The notes beneath the pieces were generated by a model that had not been told where the DNA came from, did no database searches, and saw only the letters and a list, made by a program, of their open reading frames with translations. A stretch of DNA of 64,000 bases from NCBI GenBank assembly GCA_963666515.2, contig OY762897.2:320001-384000 (forward strand), read 5' to 3'. Position 1 is the stretch's first letter. The number at the start of each line of letters is the position of its first letter. This document shows positions 57,143 through 64,000 of the stretch, piece after piece. A program made the position numbers and the translations under genes. The stretch comes from Candidatus Binatia bacterium (GTDB lineage: Bacteria > Desulfobacterota > Binatia > UBA9968 > JAJDTQ01).

Positions 57143-57219
57143 GGGGTTGAGCCGGGGCAACCTCCATCCGCCGTGCAAGCTTCTCAAAAATGCCGCAACA
57201 ATCTCCGGGAGGTACCATC

Positions 57220-58092
57220 ATGCCAATGACCGACGCACAGTTCATCGACGTGGACGGGGTCCGTACGCGCTACTTCGAGAAAGGGACCGGCGAGCCGCTG
57301 GTGCTGTGGCACGGCAGCCACTTCGGCACCACCGACGCCTGCGACAGCGCCCTGGACTGGGAGCTGAACTTCGACGCGCTCGCCGAGTCGTTTCGGGTGA
57401 TCGCGGTGGACAAGCTCGGCCAGGGACACACCGGCAACCCCAAGACCGACGAGGACTACACGCCCGCCGCGGTAGTAGAGCACGCCTACGGATTCCTCAA
57501 GGCCATGGGACTGAAGGACGTCCACCTGTGCGGCCACTCCCGGGGCGGCTACCTGGTGGCGCGGCTCACGCTGCTCCATCCGGAGATCGTCAAGTCCTGC
57601 ATCATCGTCGACAGCGGCACCCTGTCACCCGGACCTTCGCTCACCGAGTTGGTGATGGCGGCGAGGCCTGAGCCGTATCTTAGCCGGGAGAGCCAGCGGT
57701 GGGTGGTGGAGCACTACTCCTACGGCGCCGGGCACATCACGGAAGGCTGGATCGACGCGGCGGTGGAGATATCCGAGTTGCCCAAGTACCAGGATTCCGT
57801 GCGGGCGATGAACGGCGGGGGCTTGAGGCTGTTCATGCGCAACCTCGTGCTCGACAAGGAGGAGTGCCTCCAGTGGATGCAGGAGGGGCGGCTCAAGACC
57901 CCCACCCTGGTGGTGTGGGGCTACAACGACCCGACGGCACGGTACCAGCGGGGCCTCACGCTGTTCGACTACGTCGCCGGCAGCACCGAGAACGCGCAGT
58001 TGCACGTCATCAACAAGGCGGGCCACTTCTGCTACCGGGAACAGCCGGAGCAGTTCAATCAGGCAGTGACGGGTTTTATCAAGAGCCTCTGA
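57220..58092 (+). CDS. Alpha/beta hydrolase (meta-cleavage product C-C hydrolase-like)
   Basis: VLWHG, DKLGQG, GHSRGG, VWGYND, AGH. Confidence 0.85.
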   Translation: MPMTDAQFIDVDGVRTRYFEKGTGEPLVLWHGSHFGTTDACDSALDWELNFDALAESFRVIAVDKLGQGHTGNPKTDEDYTPAAVVEHAYGFLKAMGLKDVHLCGHSRGGYLVARLTLLHPEIVKSCIIVDSGTLSPGPSLTELVMAARPEPYLSRESQRWVVEHYSYGAGHITEGWIDAAVEISELPKYQDSVRAMNGGGLRLFMRNLVLDKEECLQWMQEGRLKTPTLVVWGYNDPTARYQRGLTLFDYVAGSTENAQLHVINKAGHFCYREQPEQFNQAVTGFIKSL

Positions 58093-58149
58093 CGGTGCCG
58101 GTGGCGTCCATGGGTCTCCCACGTAAGCGCGGAAACGGTCGGCGTCTTC

Positions 58150-58845
58150 TCAGAGGTGCAACGGAACAGGGTCCTTGAGGGAGATGGCCCGGTTGGTGAC
58201 CCGGGCGGCGTAGGGATAGACCTCGACGCCGGCCTTGAACGCCCGCCGCAGCCAGCGCCCGTACTCCGGGTCAATCTCGTCCGCGGGCCTGCACGTAGCG
58301 CCGTCACGGCGCTGGATCACGAACAGCAGCACGGCCCGGTGCCCCTTTCGCCGCAGCCGCATCAGTTCCTTCAGGTGCTTGGTGCCCCGCTCGCTGACGG
58401 CGTCGGGAAACGCGGCCGCCCGGTCCACCACCAGCGTGACGTTCTTGACCTCCACGTAGCACTGCTCCCCGGGGCCTTCCAGCAGGAAGTCGAGGCGCGA
58501 GCCCGGGCGCGTCGGCACCTCCGCGCGCAGGTGCTCGTAACCTTGCAGCTCCCGGATCACTCCGCCCTCGATCCCTTCCCGCGCCAGCCGGTTAGCCGCC
58601 AGCGTATTGATCCCCACCAGCGTCCGCCCCACCCGGATCAACTCCCAGGTGTAGTCGAGCTTCCGGCCCCTGCCGCTCTGGTCCGAGAGGTAGACCCGGC
58701 TGCCGGGCGCGTTGCAGCCCAGCATGCTGCCCGTGTTGGTGCAGTGCGCGGTCACCACCGTGCCGTCGTCGAGACGGACGTCAGCCAGAAAGCGCTTGTA
58801 GCGCTGGATCAGGGTCCCGGCTATCAGCGGGGCGGCAAACCGCAT
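58150..58845 (-). CDS. sfsA: DNA/RNA nuclease SfsA
   Basis: RYKRFLADV, HCTNTGSM, SRLDF, YVEVKNVT, FPDAVSERGTKHL. Confidence 0.95.
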   Translation of the reverse strand: MRFAAPLIAGTLIQRYKRFLADVRLDDGTVVTAHCTNTGSMLGCNAPGSRVYLSDQSGRGRKLDYTWELIRVGRTLVGINTLAANRLAREGIEGGVIRELQGYEHLRAEVPTRPGSRLDFLLEGPGEQCYVEVKNVTLVVDRAAAFPDAVSERGTKHLKELMRLRRKGHRAVLLFVIQRRDGATCRPADEIDPEYGRWLRRAFKAGVEVYPYAARVTNRAISLKDPVPLHL

Positions 58846-58873
58846 GACGGCGAGCTATTGCAGCACCAGGGCC

Positions 58874-59425
58874 TTATCCGAACAGCTTTTCCAGAGGGAT
58901 CGCGAGTCCCGGGAGCAGCGGGGAGGTGAGGGTGTCAGCCGGGCCGAGATGACCGGTGGCGATGAACCGGCCGTCCTCCAGTCTCAGGGTTTCGATGGCT
59001 TTGGCCGAGGGGTCCACGAGCCAGTATTCGGCCACCCCGTAGCGGGCGTAGATGTCCAGCTTGACGCCATGATCCCGGCGTTGCGTGGATGGCGAGGCGA
59101 CCTCGACGACGAGGTCAGGCGGTCCATGGACATCGCGCTCGGTGATGATTCCGGCGCGTGCGGCCGAGACGACCAGAAGGTCCGGCTGCACGACGTTGGT
59201 GTCGGACAGGTAGACGTCGGTGGGCGCAAACAATGCCTCGCCCAGCCGGTTGTCCTCGACGAAAGGGGCAATCAGCGTGACGAGCTTGCGCAACACGCGC
59301 TGGTGCGGGACGGTCGGCGCTGGCTCGCGCACCAGCGCTCCCTCGATGAGCTGGTAGCGGACGTCGTCCGGCGTGTTGAGATAATCCTGGTAGGTGAATA
59401 CGGTTTGGCGTTCCTGTATGACCAT
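58874..59425 (-). CDS. Uma2-family endonuclease
   Basis: YQLIEG, HQ, VQPDL, PDLVVEVASPS, K..Y..YGVAEYWLVDP. Confidence 0.92.
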   Translation of the reverse strand: MVIQERQTVFTYQDYLNTPDDVRYQLIEGALVREPAPTVPHQRVLRKLVTLIAPFVEDNRLGEALFAPTDVYLSDTNVVQPDLLVVSAARAGIITERDVHGPPDLVVEVASPSTQRRDHGVKLDIYARYGVAEYWLVDPSAKAIETLRLEDGRFIATGHLGPADTLTSPLLPGLAIPLEKLFG

Positions 59426-59540
59426 TTTGCGTCCCCCCGATGCTTCACGCCATGTGTCTGCCTCCGCGCCAGCCTCGCCCCTACATGGGTTCATCGCTGG
59501 TGCATGTGTAGGAGCGACCGTGAATTGAGAGAGTCGACGT

Positions 59541-59774
59541 TCAACGCCTCAGGCGCGCGCGAACCCGCAAGAACGTCTCCTCGGCGGTGCCGGACGAAAT
59601 GTCTCCACGCTGATATGATTCGTATCGTCGCGCCGCTTCGTCAAGCCAGAGTTGCTCGACATTCTCATCAAGGTCTTTGTCCAGGGAATCAATCAGTGTA
59701 CGCGCCAATTCGGCTCTCTGTCTTGTGGAAAGCCTGTCAATCTCCTCTCGGAGCTCGGAAATTTCTCGCGCCAT
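59541..59774 (-). CDS. Addiction-module antitoxin (TIGR02574-like)
   Basis: RAELARTLIDSLD, WLDEAARRY. Confidence 0.82.
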   Translation of the reverse strand: MAREISELREEIDRLSTRQRAELARTLIDSLDKDLDENVEQLWLDEAARRYESYQRGDISSGTAEETFLRVRARLRR

Positions 59775-59868
59775 CTTCGCCTCCCGCAAGAGATTTTACA
59801 GGGTGAGGACCAGGTAGTCGAACAAGAACTTCATTACTCTTCCTCCTCGGGATGTCGTGGCGGCGGTC

Positions 59869-60153
59869 TTATCTCCCCATCCAGTATCCCGGACGTCTTC
59901 TGTGATGTGAAACGGCCACAACTACGAGGTCATTGCCTTCGATCGTGTAGATCAGTGTGAAGGGGAACTTACGAAGCGGGAACCGGCGAAATCGTCCGAC
60001 TGGTCTCCCGATGTGAGGTCGATGGAGTAGCAGCTCCACACAGCCCTCCACCTCGTCCAAAAATCGCTCTCCAAGTCCGGCCGCTTGGTCTTCGTAGAAC
60101 TGAGCCGACTCCAGCATTTCCCCTTCGGCTGGGTCAAGAAAACGGATATTCAT
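59869..60153 (-). CDS. RelE/ParE-family toxin
   Basis: FYEDQAAGLGERF, KFPFTLIY, VAVSHHRRRPGYW. Confidence 0.88.
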   Translation of the reverse strand: MNIRFLDPAEGEMLESAQFYEDQAAGLGERFLDEVEGCVELLLHRPHIGRPVGRFRRFPLRKFPFTLIYTIEGNDLVVVAVSHHRRRPGYWMGR

Positions 60154-60199
60154 CGCCTCATCGAGCCCGAGCGGCTCCGAGTTCAGACCGTTGAGTTGT

Positions 60200-61069
60200 T
60201 CACCCGTCGCCGTTGAGGCATTTCTTCGCGGCGCGGCGCAGCAGCACGCTGATGAGGTGGCGTTTGTACTCCGCGCTGCCTTCGCGGTCGTCGGTCAGGG
60301 TGGCTTCGTCGGCGAGGGCGTCGGCGGCTTCCTGAAGCCGCCCATCGAGCGAGTCCGCGGGGCCTGCAATGAGGCTTTCGGCGGCTGCCGACCGGCAAGG
60401 GGTGGGGCTCACGCAGCCTACGGCGCAACGGGCCTCGCGGATCTCTCCGCCGTCATCATCCAGCTCGACGGTCAGCGCCAGTCCGAGCAAGGGCCGCTCG
60501 TGGACCTGGAACTTGAGGTAGGCGGAACGCTGTGACGGCGCCGGCAGCGGCACGTCCACGCCGGTCAGGACCTCGTCCTGGGCCAGGGAGTTCTCGTAGG
60601 CTCCGGCCAGCAACTCGTCCATAGCGAGCGTCCGCTCGCCCGACTTTCCCTGTGCCCGGGCGGTGCCGCCCAGCGCCAGCAACAGGGTGGCCGGATCGGA
60701 GTGGGGCTCGGCGAAGCACAGGTTTCCGCCCAGCGTGCCGGTGGCGCGCACGCGCACGTTGGCGACGTTGGCCGCCATTTCGGCCATCACCGGCAACAGA
60801 TCGCGAACCACGGCGGAACATTCGATGGTCCGGTGAGTGGCGCCGGCGCCGATGTGCAGGTGCCCGTCCCGGCGTTCGATGCCGTCGAGTCCGGCCACGG
60901 CCTTGATGTCGATCAGGTGCTCGTAGCGCAGCAGGTCGTGGCGCATGGCCAGCAGCAGCTCGGTGCCGCCGGCGTACAGGGTGCCGTTGTCACCATAGTG
61001 GTCGAGCATCTCCGCAGCCTCGCCGAGATCGGCCGGCCGGTGGATGGCGAAACGTCGCAACGGCATCAT
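60200..61069 (-). CDS. Xanthine dehydrogenase family FAD-binding (medium) subunit
   Basis: AGGTEL, RVRATGTLGGNL, EYKRHL. Confidence 0.9.
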   Translation of the reverse strand: MMPLRRFAIHRPADLGEAAEMLDHYGDNGTLYAGGTELLLAMRHDLLRYEHLIDIKAVAGLDGIERRDGHLHIGAGATHRTIECSAVVRDLLPVMAEMAANVANVRVRATGTLGGNLCFAEPHSDPATLLLALGGTARAQGKSGERTLAMDELLAGAYENSLAQDEVLTGVDVPLPAPSQRSAYLKFQVHERPLLGLALTVELDDDGGEIREARCAVGCVSPTPCRSAAAESLIAGPADSLDGRLQEAADALADEATLTDDREGSAEYKRHLISVLLRRAAKKCLNGDG

Positions 61070-63366
61070 GACTTGTTCTCTCCCCGGGCGGCGCGCGCTT
61101 CACGGATGGCGCGCCAGACCTTTTCCGGCGTGAGCGGCGCCCGGCGGATGCGCGCGCCGGTGGCGGCGTAGACCGCATTGGCGATGTTGGCGGGCAGCGA
61201 GTTCAGAGAGGCCTCGCCGCCGCCCTTGGCGCCGTAGGGGCCCACTCCGTCGCGGTTCTGCACCAGCTCCAGTTTCACCGTGCGCGGCATGTCGGAGAAG
61301 CGCGGCAGGCGGTACTCCAGCAGGTTGCCGTTGAGGAGTTGGTTGCGGTCGAACTCCAGCTCCTCGAACATGCCGATGCCCATGCCGGTGGTGGCGGCGC
61401 CGATGTCCTGGCCCTCGGCCAGGGCCGGGTTGATGGCCAGCCCCACGTCGCCGGCGGTGCCGAGCTTCTCCATGGTGACCTTGCCGGTCTCCTCGTCCAC
61501 AGACACCTCGATGCCGGTGGAGGCGGCCTCCCAGAAGACCGGCAATTGGGCGAAGTCGCCGTCCTTGCGGATGTAGGCGCGGCCGATGACCTCGCCGTCG
61601 GGCAGGCGGTAGTAGCGCGTGAGCACCTCGGACCAGGTGAGACGCGCCTCGCCGCAGGTGATGCCGCCGCGGACCGTTTGAATCTCGGATTCCTGCACCC
61701 CCAGCACGTCCGCGGCCATGCGCACCATCTGCTCCATGGCCTCCCGACTGGCCTCCTGTACCGCCCGCCCCATGAGGGTGGTGGTGCGGCTGGCGCCGGT
61801 GGAACGGTCGTAGGGGGTGATGGCGGTGTCCGAGGAAACCACCCGGACCAGGTCGAAGGGGACACCGAGCTCCTCGGCGACGATCTGCGGCAGCACCGTG
61901 TGGCTGCCCTGGCCCAGCTCGGTGCTGCCGACCATCAGCGAGGCCGAGCCGTCGGCGTGCACGCGCACGGCAGTGGAGGTGAGAGGATAGGCGCCGGCGT
62001 CGCTGGCGGAGCAGCCGATGCTGCGGCCGTGGCCGCTGGGCAGCGGGTCCTTCCAGCCGAGGTTGTCGGCGACGATCTTGAGGTCTTCCGTGAGGGTGCC
62101 GTCGAACGGACGCATGCCGGGGAAGAACTCCTGCTTCGGCTTCGCCGCGTTGTGCACGCGGAACTCGTACGGATCCATGCCGATCTTGGCCGCCAGCTCG
62201 TCGATCTGGGACTCGCCGGCCATGGTCACTTGGGCGCAGCCGAAGCCCCGGAAGGAGCTGGCCGGCACGGTGTTGGTGTAGACCATCTGGTTGTCGATCT
62301 GCACGTTGGGGATGGCGTAGGGGCCGACGCAGCGGTTGGACGACTTCTCGCACACCAGCGGGCTGTTCTCCGCGTAGGCGCCGGTGTTCATGTAGATCTT
62401 CGCTTGGCGCGCGATGATCTTGCCGTCGGCGTCCACCGCGGTGCGCATCCAGGTGAGGGCGTCGTCGCCGCGGGTGGTGAGCATGGCCTCTTCCACGCTG
62501 AGCTGCAGCTTCACCGGGCGCCGCGCTTTCCACGCGCACGCCGACACCAGCGGCTCGATCTTGGTGTAGGACTTGCTGCCGTAGCCGCCGCCCACGAACG
62601 GCACGATCAGGCGGATCTGGCTCACCGGCATGTCGAAGATGGTCTTGAGGTCGTGGCGCACCATGAACGGGTGCTGGGCCGACGAGTAGATGGTGACGCC
62701 CTGGTCGCCCACCTCGGCGATGGCCACGTAGGGCTCCATGGCGTAGGCGTAGGCCATGGGGAAGTAGTACTCGCCCTCCACCACCGCGGCGGCCTTGGCG
62801 AACGCCTCGTCCACGTCGCCCCACTTGACGTGGTGCTCCTGGCACAGGTTGGTGCCGCGGCCCGCGGTGACCTCGCCCTCGAAGCCGCGCAGGGCGCCGG
62901 CCTCGAACTCGCGCTGGTGCAGCAGCGGCGCGGACGGGTCCAGCGCCTCCTGGGGCTCCATCACCGCCGACAACTCCTCGTACTCGACGTGGATGAACTC
63001 CAGCGCCTCGTAGGCAGTAAGCTCGTCCTCGGCGATGACCGCGGCCACGGGCTCGCCGGCGTAGCGCACCTTGTCGATGGCCACCAGCGGGTGGTCCTTG
63101 ACGGCGTGGCCGAAGTAGGGATTCAGCCCCTCCAGGTCGTCGCCCCGCAGCACGTTGTAGACGCCGGGGTGGGCCTCGGCCTTCGACGTGTCCATGGAGA
63201 CGATGCGGGCGTGGGCGTAGGGGCTCCGCAGCACCTTGGCGTAGGCCATGCCCGGGAGCTTGACGTCGCTCACGTAGAGCGCCCGGCCGGACACCTTGGC
63301 GCGGCCGTCGCGGCGCGGCACCGAGCGGTTGACCACCTCGAAGTCGCGGCTCCTGTCGTCGCTCAT
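61066..63366 (-). CDS. Xanthine dehydrogenase family molybdopterin-binding (large) subunit
   Basis: RSPYAHARI, GGGYGSK, SFRGFG, ELGQG, ASRTT, GAKGGGE. Start placed at MSDDRS. Confidence 0.92.
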   Translation of the reverse strand: MSDDRSRDFEVVNRSVPRRDGRAKVSGRALYVSDVKLPGMAYAKVLRSPYAHARIVSMDTSKAEAHPGVYNVLRGDDLEGLNPYFGHAVKDHPLVAIDKVRYAGEPVAAVIAEDELTAYEALEFIHVEYEELSAVMEPQEALDPSAPLLHQREFEAGALRGFEGEVTAGRGTNLCQEHHVKWGDVDEAFAKAAAVVEGEYYFPMAYAYAMEPYVAIAEVGDQGVTIYSSAQHPFMVRHDLKTIFDMPVSQIRLIVPFVGGGYGSKSYTKIEPLVSACAWKARRPVKLQLSVEEAMLTTRGDDALTWMRTAVDADGKIIARQAKIYMNTGAYAENSPLVCEKSSNRCVGPYAIPNVQIDNQMVYTNTVPASSFRGFGCAQVTMAGESQIDELAAKIGMDPYEFRVHNAAKPKQEFFPGMRPFDGTLTEDLKIVADNLGWKDPLPSGHGRSIGCSASDAGAYPLTSTAVRVHADGSASLMVGSTELGQGSHTVLPQIVAEELGVPFDLVRVVSSDTAITPYDRSTGASRTTTLMGRAVQEASREAMEQMVRMAADVLGVQESEIQTVRGGITCGEARLTWSEVLTRYYRLPDGEVIGRAYIRKDGDFAQLPVFWEAASTGIEVSVDEETGKVTMEKLGTAGDVGLAINPALAEGQDIGAATTGMGIGMFEELEFDRNQLLNGNLLEYRLPRFSDMPRTVKLELVQNRDGVGPYGAKGGGEASLNSLPANIANAVYAATGARIRRAPLTPEKVWRAIREARAARGENKS

Positions 63367-63863
63367 CCGCGCGCCTCCTTCATCACCGTTGCCGCCTTGC
63401 GGATGGCCTTCAGGATCGGCACGTATCCGGTGCAGCGGCAGAGGTTGCCGTCCATGTGGTGGATGATCTCGTCGTCGCTGGGGTCGGGGTTGTCGTCGAG
63501 CAGCGCCTTGGCGGACAGGATCATGCCCGGCGTGCAGAAACCGCACTGGAACGCGAACTCGTCGATGAAGCACTGCTGGATGGGATGCAGCGTGCGGTCG
63601 GGGCTCTCGAGCCCCTCGATGGTGGTGACGCGGTGCCCCTGAGCCTCGTAGGCCAGATAGGTGCAGGAACTGACCGGCAGGCCGTCCACCAGCACCGTGC
63701 ACGCGCCGCACACCTGCACCTCGCACGAGATCTTGGCGCCGGTCAGGTTCAGGCGGCCCCGGAGCACCTCCGACAGGGTCTGCTGCGGCTCGCACTCCAC
63801 GGCCACGTCCTTGCCGTTGAGCTCGAAGCGCAGCTCCACGGGAGCTGGTCTGTCGCTAGACAT
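63363..63863 (-). CDS. Xanthine dehydrogenase family (2Fe-2S) small subunit
   Basis: CEVQVCGACTV, QCGFCTPG, NLCRCTGY. Confidence 0.95.
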   Translation of the reverse strand: MSSDRPAPVELRFELNGKDVAVECEPQQTLSEVLRGRLNLTGAKISCEVQVCGACTVLVDGLPVSSCTYLAYEAQGHRVTTIEGLESPDRTLHPIQQCFIDEFAFQCGFCTPGMILSAKALLDDNPDPSDDEIIHHMDGNLCRCTGYVPILKAIRKAATVMKEARG

Positions 63864-64000
63864 AATGCGGTATGATCTCCTCGGACCAGAGCAGCATCTC
63901 CTTGTACATGGTGTCCATGTCCGGGTAGATGAGCTTCAGTTCGAAGTGCTCCACGCCGGCCTCGATGAACTCGTCGATGCGCCGGCGGACGTCGTCCACC
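63856..64000 (-). CDS. C-terminal part of a probable LLM-class oxidoreductase; runs off the window edge
   Basis: Manual translation: VDDVRRRIDEFIEAGVEHFELKLIYPDMDTMYKEMLLWSEEIIPHYV*. Confidence 0.6.
   Translation of the reverse strand, partial: VDDVRRRIDEFIEAGVEHFELKLIYPDMDTMYKEMLLWSEEIIPHYV

Noticed and set aside
60200-63863. Aerobic CO dehydrogenase (coxMSL)
   Set aside because: The large subunit has SFRGFG rather than the AYxCSFR (form I) or AYRGAGR (form II) signature.

Overview
High-GC bacterial chromosomal window. The flanks (1-18.7 kb and 38.9-64 kb) hold catabolic and transport genes: TTT, TAXI-TRAP, NitT/TauT and Liv transporters, LLM oxidoreductases, a gentisate-type dioxygenase, a Mo-hydroxylase, a glycosyltransferase/galE cluster, several toxin-antitoxin pairs and several REP-like palindromic repeat families. 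The centre (about 18.7-38.9 kb) is a roughly 20 kb defence island with no integrase, lying between the binding-protein gene and the permease/ATPase genes of what may be one ABC transporter. Its main feature is a candidate signal-inducible defence operon. A sigma-54 activator (CARF/RtcR-like sensor, GAFTGA AAA+, HTH) ends 1 nt before a perfect sigma-54 promoter (TGGCACG-N4-TTGC, 20287-20301). That promoter precedes a type I restriction subunit whose nuclease domain is interrupted by an apparently intact LexA-like S24 autopeptidase (Ala-Gly site, Ser and Lys present). Next come hsdM, hsdS, an Avs-like nuclease-STAND protein, an ABC-ATPase/TOPRIM fusion, a DUF3696-type ATPase coupled to a PLD-like protein, and two tandem MNT-HEPN pairs. 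All family calls are from motif recognition by eye; no database search was run.
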